Under the pieces are notes generated by a model that saw only the letters and a list, made by a program, of their open reading frames with translations, was not told where the DNA came from and ran no database searches. Positions 44,562-54,313 of a stretch of 64,000 bases of DNA are shown in pieces (the first letter of the stretch is position 1; each line of letters starts with the position of its first letter). Position numbers and translations under genes: made by a program. The stretch is taken from assembly GCA_026396285.1 (NCBI GenBank), contig JAPLXB010000045.1, positions 343 to 64,342 on the forward strand, read 5' to 3'. The stretch comes from Candidatus Micrarchaeota archaeon. GTDB taxonomy: Archaea > Micrarchaeota > Micrarchaeia > Norongarragalinales > JAPLXB01.

Positions 44562-46304
44562 TTGGGCGGCCCGGCGCTGCCGGCGCGTTTCGGCGTGGTT
44601 CCAATGGCGGATGCTTCAATTATTCCAACAATGCTTGCGAACGTCACCCATTCCGCGGCCGCCAACGCAACGGCTTCCGGGGCGGCGGCAAGCGTCATCC
44701 AGTCCCAAGCCGTGCTTCAAGTCATCGTCATCCTCGTCGCCGGAGTTTTTGCCGCGAGGATAGCAAAAAAACTCGACATTCCCGTGATTGTCCCGCTTCT
44801 GATATCAGGTTACCTGCTCGGGCCCGACGTCCTCAACATCTTCAACCCCGCCGACTACGGCATAAGCATAGGCCTGCTGGCGGCCGTCGCGGTCCCGGTG
44901 ATTTTGTTCTACGACGGGCTCAAAATCGAGCCGCGCACGCTGGAGGCGTCGTGGAAAACCATTCTTTCCATCAACACCGTCGCGGTTTTGGTCACGGTTT
45001 TCGGCATCGCCGGCGCTGCCAGCTACTTCTTCGGCTTCTCGTGGACTTCCGCTTTCCTTTTGGGCGCGATACTGGCGTCAACCGACCCCGCGGCCATCCT
45101 GCCGGTGCTGAAGAAGCTCAACATTGACAAAAGGGTTTCAAGCATATTGGAGGCGGAAACGGCGTTCAACGACGCGGCGGCCCTCGCGCTCTTCGGCGTC
45201 ATCATCGGGGTGGTGGCAGCCAACTCGTTTTCGCTCCAGGAAGGCTTCTCGCAGTTCATCACGCTCTTTTTCTGGAGCATGCTCGTGGGGCTGATGGTCG
45301 GCTTGGCTGCGCGAGAGTTTTTGATACGCCTGAAAGTGGAGCGCGACCTCGCGTTCGCGTCGTTCGCAGTGCTTTTCGCGAGCTTCATCGTCGCCCAAGG
45401 GGTTTTCAACGTCAGCGGCGCCATCGCGGCAGTCGTGGCCGCAGTGATTTTCGGCGAATACGTGCGCTCCAAGCACGTTGACTCCATTCAAAGGATGTAC
45501 GCCCTCAGCAGCTGGGAGGACATAAACTTCCTCGCCATCGCCATTGTGTTTCTCGGCCTCGGCTCCTCGCTCCAGTTGTCGAAGATACTGCCGTTCCTGT
45601 TCCCGGGCATGGTGATCGCTTTCCTTTTCATGTACGTCGTGCGCCTCGGCGCCATAGTGTTGAGCATGGTTTTCGACAAGTCGTTCTCGCTGCGGGAAAA
45701 ACTGTTCATCTCGCTGATTGGCGCGCCGCGCGGCACCGTTTCCGCGGCACTGGCGTCGTCGGCGCTGGTAATGGCCCCCATTGGCGTGCTTGGCGGCGGC
45801 GACATGGAATCGGTGTTTTACATCACGCTGGTCGTCATCGTCACGACCGTCGTGGCGACCTCGCTTTCAGCGACCCGCATCGCAACCAAACTGTTGGGCG
45901 CCAGCGAGGACCCGGTGGAGGAGAAGTACCGCACGCTCAAAGTGGACTTGAAGGCGATGATGGTAGCCGCCCACCGCCTCAGGGACGAGTGGAAATCAGG
46001 TTTGCTCAGCAACAGGATGTACGACGAGCTCAATTCCCAGCAGGCCGCGCTGATAAAGGCGGCGGAGCACCAGCTGACAATGATTTCACGGACTCACCCC
46101 GACTACGAGATGAGGGAAAAACTCGACCGGACGCGCGGCCTCGTGGTCGCCCAAATCAATTCGCTGGAGGAGGCGTACACGAACAAGGAGATTTCCGAAA
46201 AAAGCTACGACGAACTGCTTGAAAAATACAACGCGGTGCTGGGCCGCCTCTCCGAGCTTGAAGCGGCGAAGGGGCGGCGGCAGGCGCATGGCGGAGGGCG
46301 GTGA
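44562..46304 (+). CDS. Na+/H+ (cation:proton) antiporter, CPA1/NhaP family, with cytoplasmic C-terminal domain
   Basis: 12 to 13 hydrophobic helices. Motifs ILASTDPAAILPVL and ETAFNDAAALALF are characteristic of CPA1. The true start is probably MADASIIPT at 44604. Confidence 0.8.
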   Translation: MGGPALPARFGVVPMADASIIPTMLANVTHSAAANATASGAAASVIQSQAVLQVIVILVAGVFAARIAKKLDIPVIVPLLISGYLLGPDVLNIFNPADYGISIGLLAAVAVPVILFYDGLKIEPRTLEASWKTILSINTVAVLVTVFGIAGAASYFFGFSWTSAFLLGAILASTDPAAILPVLKKLNIDKRVSSILEAETAFNDAAALALFGVIIGVVAANSFSLQEGFSQFITLFFWSMLVGLMVGLAAREFLIRLKVERDLAFASFAVLFASFIVAQGVFNVSGAIAAVVAAVIFGEYVRSKHVDSIQRMYALSSWEDINFLAIAIVFLGLGSSLQLSKILPFLFPGMVIAFLFMYVVRLGAIVLSMVFDKSFSLREKLFISLIGAPRGTVSAALASSALVMAPIGVLGGGDMESVFYITLVVIVTTVVATSLSATRIATKLLGASEDPVEEKYRTLKVDLKAMMVAAHRLRDEWKSGLLSNRMYDELNSQQAALIKAAEHQLTMISRTHPDYEMREKLDRTRGLVVAQINSLEEAYTNKEISEKSYDELLEKYNAVLGRLSELEAAKGRRQAHGGGR

Positions 46305-46310
46305 GTAAAA

Positions 46311-46574
46311 ATGAAAGCGTACCTTGAAATCGGGTTTTCCTCGCCCGGGCAGGCGAAGGCCGCGCTCAAGGCGTTCGAGGCAGGCGGAGGAAGCGAAGGC
46401 GATGCGGGCGGCGCCGGAATGGCGTCGGTGCGCGCCGGAGTGGAAAAAAACGCGCTGCGCGTGGACGTGGCCGCAGCCGAGTTCGCGGCGCTGCGCGCAA
46501 GGACGACGAGCGCCCTCAGGGACCTGAAAGTCATAATAGATGCAATGAAAATGAAGGGTGGTAACAGTGTCTGA
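46311..46574 (+). CDS. pcc1: KEOPS complex subunit Pcc1-like protein
   Basis: 87 aa. MKAYLEIGFSS...ALRVDVAAAEFAALRARTTSALRDLKVIIDAM follows the Pcc1 pattern (MKA.LEIEF.S...A......L.I.IEAED.SALRA.LNS.LRWIKVA). Confidence 0.5.
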   Translation: MKAYLEIGFSSPGQAKAALKAFEAGGGSEGDAGGAGMASVRAGVEKNALRVDVAAAEFAALRARTTSALRDLKVIIDAMKMKGGNSV

Positions 46575-46914
46575 ATTGACCGAAGAGCAGAAGAAGGACG
46601 TGATGGAGTTCCAGAACATGCAGCAGCAGCTCCAGTTCATTTCCATCCAGCGCCAGCAGACTGCGGTCCAGTTGGCCGAGGCGAAGAACGCTCTCGGCGA
46701 AGTGAAGAAAAGCGAGGGAACGCTGTACCGCTTGGCGGGAACCGTCCTCGTGCCGAAGAAGAAAGACGCCCTTGAAAAAGAGCTTGCCGGCGAAATAGAG
46801 GCGCTTGAGGCAAGGCAGGGCATCATCCAGAAACAAGAGGACAAGATACGGGAACGCGCGCCCGCGCTCGCGAAAAAAATCGAGGCCATCCAGAAGGCGG
46901 CGAAAAACGGGTGA
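46558..46914 (+). CDS. pfdB: prefoldin beta subunit
   Basis: Coiled coil, beta-hairpin, coiled coil. QKKDVMEFQNMQQQLQFISIQRQQ...TLYRLAGTVLVPKKKDALEKEL...LEARQGIIQKQEDKIRE. GTG start at 46558. Confidence 0.75.
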   Translation: MVTVSELTEEQKKDVMEFQNMQQQLQFISIQRQQTAVQLAEAKNALGEVKKSEGTLYRLAGTVLVPKKKDALEKELAGEIEALEARQGIIQKQEDKIRERAPALAKKIEAIQKAAKNG

Positions 46915-46922
46915 AGCGCTGA

Positions 46923-47966
46923 ATGCCTTCCAGGCAAGAGCAAAGGGAGCCGGGTGCTGCGCCGGGGCAGGCGGGCGGCCATGCCGGCCGCAGGGCGCCG
47001 ACGCTGTTGAACCTGTTGTCCGGGTTGTCGGCGCTCAAGGGCAGGACGCTCGTCACCTTCCATTCGCTGGGAGACGCGGACGCGGCCAACAGCGCCGTCG
47101 TCATCCGCGACCTGGTGCAAGGCCTTTCCAAGAGCGCGTGCGACGTCAAGTCGCCTGACCAGGTCGGCGGCCACGCGAGGAAAATACTCGAGAGGCTCGG
47201 CGTCTCGGTGGAACCGGCGGGAAGCCTTTCCGGCTACTCCAACATCGTCTTCATGGACGTAAGCACCCGCGTCCTGCTGGGCGCGCGCGCAGCGGAATTC
47301 GCCGCGTTTCCCGGGAAAACAATCGTGGTGGACCACCACCAGTACAACACCGCCCTGCTAAGGGCTGGTTTTTCGTACATTGACGGCGGCCGCAGCAGCT
47401 CGTGCGAAATAGTTTACCAGCTCATGCGCCTCGCCCGCAGGAGGCCAACGCCGCTCCAGGCCACGCTCCTCTTAGCCGGCATCCTGGCGGACACGGCGTT
47501 GTTCAAGAACTCGGACCAGTACACGTTCGAGGCGGCCGCCTACCTCCTTAAGCACTCGGGAAAAACTTACCGCGAGGCGCTGGACCTGGTTTTTGCCGCA
47601 CCGGATTTCTCCCAGCGCGCGGCAGCGCTCAAGGCGGTCCAGCGGGCGGCCGTGCAGAAAATCAACGGCCTGCTAGTCGCCGTATCGGAATCCAACGCCT
47701 TTGACCTTGACTGCGCTGCAGGGCTCGTGGGCCTCGGCTGCGACTACGCGTTCGTGGGAAGCAGGCGCGAGGGAAGGATTTCGGGGGCCAAGAGGGGGTC
47801 GCTCAACGGAATAGGCATCGGGCTGATAATGGAGCGGGCGGGCAAGGCAATGAAGGGGTCGGGCGGCGGGCACGAGAACGTGGGCGGCGCAAGCGGGAAG
47901 CCGGCGCTGTTGGACGCAGGGCTCGCGGAATGCGTGGAAGCAGTCAAGGCATGCTCCGGGAAATGA
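46923..47966 (+). CDS. DHH-family phosphoesterase (NrnA-like)
   Basis: Motifs GDADA, VVDHHQ and a GGGH motif near the C-terminus (GSGGGHENVGG). The N-terminal ~35 aa (Gly/Ala/Arg-rich) may not be translated. Confidence 0.65.
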   Translation: MPSRQEQREPGAAPGQAGGHAGRRAPTLLNLLSGLSALKGRTLVTFHSLGDADAANSAVVIRDLVQGLSKSACDVKSPDQVGGHARKILERLGVSVEPAGSLSGYSNIVFMDVSTRVLLGARAAEFAAFPGKTIVVDHHQYNTALLRAGFSYIDGGRSSSCEIVYQLMRLARRRPTPLQATLLLAGILADTALFKNSDQYTFEAAAYLLKHSGKTYREALDLVFAAPDFSQRAAALKAVQRAAVQKINGLLVAVSESNAFDLDCAAGLVGLGCDYAFVGSRREGRISGAKRGSLNGIGIGLIMERAGKAMKGSGGGHENVGGASGKPALLDAGLAECVEAVKACSGK

Positions 47967-48025
47967 GTCCCGGGCGGCAGGGGCCGGCCGCTGGACAGCC
48001 GCCAAAAACAGCCGTAAAATAAACC

Positions 48026-48445
48026 TTACAGCGCGAGCGCGAGGACGCTGGCGACCGCCAGGATTATTGCCGCGAATTCCTTTGCCGACAGGCGTTCGCC
48101 TAGGAAAAAGTATGAAAGCACTGCGACGAGGACGGTGCTAAGGCCCATGAGCGCGGTCACGACCGACACCTTGCCGTCGCGGAGCGCGAGGACCACGCCG
48201 AAGAAGGCGGTTGTGGAAAACGCGACGAACACGACTGCCCACTTGACGAGGTCGGCGTTGATTTTCCCGGTTATGACGAGGAAAGCGACGACTCCGAGGA
48301 TGACGAGGACGACTATTCCGGCCATGGGAAGGACGTCGCCCATGCTCATTTTCGCTTCCCCGGCTTTCCCGACCAGGATTTTAAGCACGACGTTTGACAG
48401 CGCGAGGAAAACCATTGCCGCCGCAGCGAGCCACATCCACTCCAT
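48026..48445 (-). CDS. small EamA/DMT-like 4-TM membrane protein
   Basis: 139 aa from the internal ATG (MEWMW). Four hydrophobic helices. Motif LGERLSAKEFAAIILAVASVLAL. The basic N-terminal extension to 48532 is rejected. Confidence 0.5.
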   Translation of the reverse strand: MEWMWLAAAAMVFLALSNVVLKILVGKAGEAKMSMGDVLPMAGIVVLVILGVVAFLVITGKINADLVKWAVVFVAFSTTAFFGVVLALRDGKVSVVTALMGLSTVLVAVLSYFFLGERLSAKEFAAIILAVASVLALAL

Positions 48446-48600
48446 GCCATCACCCCCTCGTTTTTTCACGGCCTTTGCGGCCTTTTTTGTTTTTTTTCTT
48501 CCCATGGCCTTACCACAAATTACTTTAAACAACGGCGGGCATTTAATAAAAGCGGTTCAGTTCCGGGAATGCCGCAAGAACCGCGGCGAAGGCGTTTTCC

Positions 48601-49788
48601 ATGAAGATAGCGGTGATGTCCGACTTCCACTTCGGCTACAACGATGACGCGCTCACGCAGGCGGGCGACGCGCTGAGGAAGGCGCGGGGGCTCGCGGATT
48701 TCGTGATTGCGGCCGGCGACTTGTTCGACTCCCGCATCCCGAGGCAGGAAGTGGTGAACGATTCCGTGAGGCTGTTGAAGGACCACAACCGGCGCACGAA
48801 CGTGGATTCGCTGAAAATAACCGTCCTTGAAGGCGACGGCGGCGACGGGGAAAAAGCCGTCGACCGCATTCCGGTTATCGCGATTTACGGCACGCACGAG
48901 CGCCGCACCAAGGGGCTTGTCAACGCGGTGCAGGTCCTTGATTCCGCGGGCCTCGTGCTCAACGCGCACGCGCGGACGATAGTGGTTGAAAAAGGCGGCG
49001 AGCGCGTGGCGGTCCAGGGCATGGGCGGAGTGCCGGAGGAGCAGGCCGCCGAACACTTGCGGCTGCTTTCGCAGAAGCCGCTTGCGGGCGCATTCAACAT
49101 TTTCGTGTTCCACCAGTCGCTCAAGGAAGTGATTTCAGTCGGCGAAGGGATGTCGGCCTCGGAACTGCCCCCGGGTTTTGACGTGTACGTGGACGGCCAC
49201 ATCCACTGGGCCCAGGAACTCAAGTCGCAGGGCAAACGGATTCTTTTGCCCGGCAGCACCGTGGTCACGCAGATGAAGGAGAGCGAAACCGGCCCAAAGG
49301 GGTTTTACCTGCTTGACACCGCGTCCGGCGAGGCGTCGTTCGTGAAGATAGAATCGCGGCAGTTCTTTTTCTCCGAAATAGCCTTCGAGAACGCTTCGCC
49401 CAGCGAAGTTGAGCGCAAGGCGCGGGAGAAGCTGGCGGAAATACTCGTCCAAGCCGGCGGCCGCGTGCCGCTGGTGAAACTGAAGCTGCGGGGGACGCTT
49501 GAGAAGGGAATCCAGGCCCAGAACATTGACCTGGGTGGCGTGGAAAAGGATTTTGCCGAGAGGATGGCGCTGGCCATTGACAAGGAATTCGCTTCCGAGG
49601 AATTGAGGGAAAAGATAGAGTTGCTGCGCCGCCTGCGGGACGAGAAGAAAAGCGTGCGCGAAATGGGCCTGGCCGTCCTGAAAAAGAAGTTGTCCGAGGC
49701 CGGCAACGGGGGCGCGGCGCTGAAGGCGGAGGAGTTGTTCGAGCTTTTGGCAGAAGGCGAAGTCGGCAAGGCGCTGGAAATCGTTTGA
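48601..49788 (+). CDS. mre11: Mre11/SbcD-family metallophosphoesterase (no adjacent rad50)
   Basis: Phosphoesterase motifs SDFHFG, GDLFD, GTHE and GHIH. C-terminal ~130-aa helical region as in archaeal Mre11. Confidence 0.55.
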   Translation: MKIAVMSDFHFGYNDDALTQAGDALRKARGLADFVIAAGDLFDSRIPRQEVVNDSVRLLKDHNRRTNVDSLKITVLEGDGGDGEKAVDRIPVIAIYGTHERRTKGLVNAVQVLDSAGLVLNAHARTIVVEKGGERVAVQGMGGVPEEQAAEHLRLLSQKPLAGAFNIFVFHQSLKEVISVGEGMSASELPPGFDVYVDGHIHWAQELKSQGKRILLPGSTVVTQMKESETGPKGFYLLDTASGEASFVKIESRQFFFSEIAFENASPSEVERKAREKLAEILVQAGGRVPLVKLKLRGTLEKGIQAQNIDLGGVEKDFAERMALAIDKEFASEELREKIELLRRLRDEKKSVREMGLAVLKKKLSEAGNGGAALKAEELFELLAEGEVGKALEIV

Positions 49789-49810
49789 TCAGCGCAAACG
49801 GCCTTGTGGT

Positions 49811-50461
49811 TCACTCCATGACAATCCTCGCGTCCACGACCAGCGCGTTTTCCTCGTCGGCTATTACCGGGTTGAAGTCGAGCTCGGTTATGCGCGGGTT
49901 TTCCTCAAGCAGTTTCGCGGTCTTCAACAGCAGTGCCTTGACTTTTTCCTTGTCCGCCTTTTTTCCCCTGAAGCCGTCGCCTTCCAGGAACGCCCTTGCC
50001 TTGGTTTCGACGACCATTTTCTCCGCGTCCCCGCTGGTGATGGGGCACACGCGCAGCGAAAAGTCCTTGTAAAGCTCCACGTAGATCCCGCCCAAGCCGA
50101 ACAAAAGCGTCTGCCCGAACACCGGGTCCTTTTTCCCGCCGACCATCAGTTCGACGCCCCGCGCCTGCTCCTGGAGGAGGTACGTGTCAACGCGGAGGCC
50201 CTGGCTCTTCACTGACTCCGTGAGTTTCGCGAACGCGAGCATGATTTCCCTGTCCGAGGAAAGGTTCATCGCCACGAGCCCGCGTTCGGTCTTGTGCGTG
50301 GCGTCGGAAGACATGACCTTGAGGACCACGGGCCGCTCCATGCGCTGGCTCTGGCTGATGATTTCCCCCAAATCGTTGGAGGCGAAGCTGGGCGCAAGCG
50401 GTATCCCGTACTTGGCGAGCAACTCCCTCGCTTCCAAGAACCTCAGCATCATTCCAGTCAC
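49811..50461 (-). CDS. ATP-grasp domain protein (ADP-forming acyl-CoA synthetase beta-subunit-like)
   Basis: ATP-grasp fold signature: EARELLAKYGIP, VVLKVMS and ELMVGGKKDPVFG. Confidence 0.6.
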   Translation of the reverse strand: MTGMMLRFLEARELLAKYGIPLAPSFASNDLGEIISQSQRMERPVVLKVMSSDATHKTERGLVAMNLSSDREIMLAFAKLTESVKSQGLRVDTYLLQEQARGVELMVGGKKDPVFGQTLLFGLGGIYVELYKDFSLRVCPITSGDAEKMVVETKARAFLEGDGFRGKKADKEKVKALLLKTAKLLEENPRITELDFNPVIADEENALVVDARIVME

Positions 50462-50530
50462 CTACTATTCTGCAACGCTTTTTTAAACGAACCAATTAAA
50501 AAACGCGCGCTGAAACCACTTTGTGAATCT

Positions 50531-51781
50531 ATGAAGCTGGTTTTCCACGGCGCGTGCCGCGAAATAGGCCGGAGCTGCATTGAAATCCAGGAAGGCGGCT
50601 CGCGCGTGCTCCTTGACGCGGGAATGAAGGTCCACGACCACGCCGAACCCGTGAGGGTGAGCGGCCCGTTTGACGCGGTCATCCTCTCCCACGCCCACTT
50701 GGACCACAGCGGCGCCCTCCCCACCCTCCAAAGGCACAGGCCGGTGCCGGTTTACTGCACGTTCCCGACCGTCCCGCTGGCGACGCTGTTGCTCGAGGAC
50801 TCGGAAAAAGTGGCCATGAAAAGGGGGCACACGCCCCATTTTTCGGCTAGGGAAATGAAGGCATTGGAGAAAAACACGATCCCGGTCCCGTACCGCAACG
50901 AGTACGAGATTGCCGAAGAAGCCTCTTTTTCGTTCTCTGACGCCGGCCACATTCCGGGCTCGGCGATAACCGCTTTCCACGGCAGCGAAAAAACCCTCGT
51001 TTACACAGGCGACTACAAGCTTTCGCCCACGCGCCTCCACGCGGGCGCCGACCTGCCCAAAGCGGCGGATGTGCTCGTCACTGAAAGCACTTACTCGGAA
51101 AAAGAGCTGCCGGACAGGAAAAAGCTTGAAAGGGATTTCTGCGACGGCGTCCGCGACGTGGTTGAGTCCGGGCTCACGGCGCTCATCCCGTGCTTTGCAG
51201 TGGGCAGGACCCAGGAAATACTCCAGGTGCTCGAAGCAGGCGGCATCACCGGCGCATGGATCCAGGGCATGGGAACGAAAGTCTGCGGGATACTATCGGA
51301 CTATCCATCGTACATTAGCAGCCCGCGGGCGCTTGCGAAGGCCCTTGACGAATCGCGGTTCATTGAAACGCGGAAGCAGGCGAGGAAAGTTCTTGAGGAA
51401 CCCGGCGTAATCATTGCGACTGCCGGGATGCTTGACGGCGGGCCCGCACTTGGGTATCTCATTGAATTGAACAAGACCGGCAAAGGCAAAGTCTTCCTCA
51501 CCGGATTCCAGGTGCCTGGCACCAACGGCCGCAGGCTCCTGGAGGAAGGGGTGGTGAAGACTGAAAGAGGCCGCCTGAAAATAAACATCGCAGCCGAGTT
51601 CTACAATTTCTCAGCCCATTCGTCGCGCGACGACCTGTTCAAGACAGTTGAGCGGCTTTCGCCTGAAAAAGTGTTCTGCATCCACGGCGACGAGCCCGCC
51701 TGCATCGCGTTCGCGGAAGAGCTCAGGGAAAAGGGTTTTGAAGCCCGCGCGCCTCAGGCTGGTGAGGCGTTCGAGGCATAG
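50531..51781 (+). CDS. metallo-beta-lactamase / beta-CASP family ribonuclease
   Basis: From the internal ATG (MKLVFHG). HAHLDHSGALP motif 2, followed by beta-CASP motifs A, B and C (D...H...H). The 80-aa upstream extension overlaps the convergent ATP-grasp gene and is rejected. Confidence 0.75.
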   Translation: MKLVFHGACREIGRSCIEIQEGGSRVLLDAGMKVHDHAEPVRVSGPFDAVILSHAHLDHSGALPTLQRHRPVPVYCTFPTVPLATLLLEDSEKVAMKRGHTPHFSAREMKALEKNTIPVPYRNEYEIAEEASFSFSDAGHIPGSAITAFHGSEKTLVYTGDYKLSPTRLHAGADLPKAADVLVTESTYSEKELPDRKKLERDFCDGVRDVVESGLTALIPCFAVGRTQEILQVLEAGGITGAWIQGMGTKVCGILSDYPSYISSPRALAKALDESRFIETRKQARKVLEEPGVIIATAGMLDGGPALGYLIELNKTGKGKVFLTGFQVPGTNGRRLLEEGVVKTERGRLKINIAAEFYNFSAHSSRDDLFKTVERLSPEKVFCIHGDEPACIAFAEELREKGFEARAPQAGEAFEA

Positions 51782-51796
51782 TGCCTGGTGGCTTGA

Positions 51797-52972
51797 ATGA
51801 GGAGGAAGCACAGCATCTGCATGCTGAACCCATTCTACTTCCCCTACCCAGGGGGCACCGAGAAGCACGTGTACGAGGTGTCGCGCCGGCTCGCGAAAAT
51901 GGGTTACGACGTCAACGTCCTCTGCGCGCCCCACGCCAAGGGCCTGCCCGAAGAGGAAATTATTGAAGGAGTGCGCGTCAAGCGCATCAAGTGGGCGACC
52001 GCGCTCTTCGAACTGCCGAAGCCGCTTCCGCCCCCGATGCCAGTCAACCCGTTGCAGCCGCTTGAAATCCACGCCATGGCAAAGCGCTGCGAACTCTTCC
52101 ACATCCACAACCGCTTCGTCTACAACCTGCTTGACGTCGCGCTGGTGAAAAAAATAGAGGGAAGGAAGCTGGCGCTCACGCTGCATAACGCGCGGCCCGT
52201 CGGCATAGAGCCCGTGACGGACTTCTTCGGCGGCCTCTACGACGACGCGATTGGCAGCAGCATTTTCCGCGCCTGCGACGCCATCGCCGCCAACTCGCGG
52301 AACACGATGGAGACGACGCTTGAGAAGGAGTTTTGGGGCAAGTGCAGCGTCGTTTACAACGGAGTGGACGAGAAGTTCTTCAACCCCCGCAACCGAGGCG
52401 ACACAGTGATAGACAACCTGGGCCTTGAGGGAAAGAAGACCGTTTTCTGCGTGGCGAGGTTCGTGGAACAGAAAGGGCTGGTTTACCTCTTCGACGCAAT
52501 GAAGGAAGTCTTGAAGCGGGAGAAGGACGCCAAGCTGATACTCTTGGGCCGGGGGCCGCTTGAAAAGGAATTCAAGGCGCGCGTCAAGAAACTGGGGATT
52601 GAACGGAACGTGGACATCGTCACCGAGAAAATCCCGGAAGGCGACTTGGCGCAGTTCTACGCCGCCTGCGACGTGTTCGCGCTGCCGTCGCTGTGGGAGC
52701 CGTTCGGAATGGTTTTCACCGAAGCCATGGCGACCGGGAAACCGGTAATCGGCTCCACTGCCGGCGGGATTCCGGAAATAATCACCCCCGACGTCGGTTT
52801 CGTGGTCCCGCCCCGCGATTCCAAGACGCTTGCCGACCGCCTGCTGCGGCTGCTGGAAGACGCTTCGCTGCGGAAGAAAATGGGCGCCGCCGCGCGGAAA
52901 AGAGTGGAGAAGATGTTCACGTGGGACCACACCGCCCGCGGATACGACGAATTGTACAAGCGCATTCTTTGA
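51797..52972 (+). CDS. glycosyltransferase, GT4 family (group 1)
   Basis: GT-B fold. N-terminal GGTEKHV. C-terminal EPFGMVFTEAMATGKPVIGS(E-x7-E region). Confidence 0.8.
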   Translation: MRRKHSICMLNPFYFPYPGGTEKHVYEVSRRLAKMGYDVNVLCAPHAKGLPEEEIIEGVRVKRIKWATALFELPKPLPPPMPVNPLQPLEIHAMAKRCELFHIHNRFVYNLLDVALVKKIEGRKLALTLHNARPVGIEPVTDFFGGLYDDAIGSSIFRACDAIAANSRNTMETTLEKEFWGKCSVVYNGVDEKFFNPRNRGDTVIDNLGLEGKKTVFCVARFVEQKGLVYLFDAMKEVLKREKDAKLILLGRGPLEKEFKARVKKLGIERNVDIVTEKIPEGDLAQFYAACDVFALPSLWEPFGMVFTEAMATGKPVIGSTAGGIPEIITPDVGFVVPPRDSKTLADRLLRLLEDASLRKKMGAAARKRVEKMFTWDHTARGYDELYKRIL

Positions 52973-53032
52973 AAAGCGCCTGTTTTGAAAAAAGTTTTTG
53001 AAAAAGCCCGGGGCGGCGGAAAATCCGGGGAG

Positions 53033-53422
53033 TCAGAGGTATTTCCTGAGGACTTCGCGGGCGAGGCCGTACTTGTTTATCTTGATTGCGAAGATGCCCG
53101 CGGTTTTCTCGTTGTTGAGCAAGTGGATGTTCTCTATGTTTATCCCCTCGTCGGCGAGGGCGCGGCTCATGGCCGCGAGCGCCCCCGGCTTGTTCGGCAG
53201 GCGCACGACGAGCACGTCGGTGTCCATGACCTTGAACCCGGCCTTGTTGAGCACGCGCTTGGCCTTGATGTACGCGTTCGTGAGTATGCGCAGTATCGCG
53301 GTCTTCTGGGGCGTCACCTCCACCGACAGGGAGTCTATGTTGACTTTTTTTCCGCCCAAGGCACCGCTCACGTCGGCGAGGAGGCCGACGCGGTCCTTTT
53401 CTACGATTGTAAGTTCTTTCAT
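53033..53422 (-). CDS. tandem ACT-domain regulatory protein (about 130 aa)
   Basis: From the internal ATG. Two beta-alpha-beta-beta-alpha-beta units: ELTIVEKDRVGLLADVSGALGGKKVNI and VLVVRLPNKPGALAAMSRALADEGINI. The 69-aa upstream extension lacks any similarity. Confidence 0.6.
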   Translation of the reverse strand: MKELTIVEKDRVGLLADVSGALGGKKVNIDSLSVEVTPQKTAILRILTNAYIKAKRVLNKAGFKVMDTDVLVVRLPNKPGALAAMSRALADEGINIENIHLLNNEKTAGIFAIKINKYGLAREVLRKYL

Positions 53423-53501
53423 GCGCCTACACCGACGATGGCCGGGCCATCGTCCAGTCAGTTTGATTGCCTGGATTCCTCTGGGCGGCGTATTTAAATA
53501 A

Positions 53502-54272
53502 TTGAAGCGAGTAATGCCCGCGGTGCATAAAGTGGCTAAGCCGAAAATTGTTGGCGCCGGCGTCAAGCTGGGAGTGGTCATCCCGTTGTACAACGACCCG
53601 AACCTGGTCAACTGCGTTACGGTACTCATGCGCCAGCTCGAGGGACTTGACGCAAAGGTGATAGTCTGCGATTCCTCCCCGAAGCCGATTGATTACAAGA
53701 GATACGGCGTGTTCGCCGACCCGCGGATTTACATACTGCGTTATCCGGGAACCATCGGCGAGGCAAGGGACCGCGGGGTAAGGTTCGCAAAGGACCGCGA
53801 CGTGATCCTGAACCTGGACTCGGACTGCATTCCGGCGCCCGACTGGGTGGAGAGGTACGTTAAGGAACTCATCAGCTACGACCTCGTGTACGGAGTTTAC
53901 CGCACGAAGGGCTACTTTTTATCCAATTTCCTGATTTCCCTCGGAATCGCGCCGTTGGGCGGGAACATGGGCTACAAGCGCGTCGTGTGGGAAAAAGTCG
54001 GCGGCTTCGTGAGGGACCGGTACGAGGACCTTATTTTCCTGAAGAAGGCGCAGACGTCCGGGTTCAAGGTGAGGTTCGACTCCAACATCGGAGTCGTCCA
54101 CCTGCGGCCCCACGGGCTCGGCAGGACAATCCGCGACGACATACTGAAGGGCGTGTGGGTTTGGCTGACTACGCCGCGCCAAAAGGCGGGCGAGGCCGAG
54201 GCTGCCCACAGGCACAAGGAAGCTGTTGAAAAGGCCCGCGGTTCGGAGCTCGTCAAGGTAAAGAAAAAGTGA
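53502..54272 (+). CDS. glycosyltransferase, GT2 family (soluble)
   Basis: GT-A N-terminus VVIPLYNDPNLV with DSD (LNLDSDCIP) and downstream acidic residues. C-terminal basic helix. Confidence 0.7.
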   Translation: MKRVMPAVHKVAKPKIVGAGVKLGVVIPLYNDPNLVNCVTVLMRQLEGLDAKVIVCDSSPKPIDYKRYGVFADPRIYILRYPGTIGEARDRGVRFAKDRDVILNLDSDCIPAPDWVERYVKELISYDLVYGVYRTKGYFLSNFLISLGIAPLGGNMGYKRVVWEKVGGFVRDRYEDLIFLKKAQTSGFKVRFDSNIGVVHLRPHGLGRTIRDDILKGVWVWLTTPRQKAGEAEAAHRHKEAVEKARGSELVKVKKK

Positions 54273-54313
54273 CCCCGGGGTTTCGCGTGGCCGCCGTGCC
54301 GCTGGCTGGTGCC

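Noticed and set aside
46086-47339. 417-aa minus-strand ORF
   Set aside because: Antisense to the Pcc1, prefoldin and DHH genes. Arg/Ala/Pro-rich.
50294-50530. 80-aa N-terminal extension of the beta-CASP RNase ORF
   Set aside because: Overlaps the convergent ATP-grasp gene on the other strand. Homology starts at MKLVFHG.
51611-52930. 439-aa minus-strand ORF
   Set aside because: Antisense to the GT4 glycosyltransferase. No motifs.
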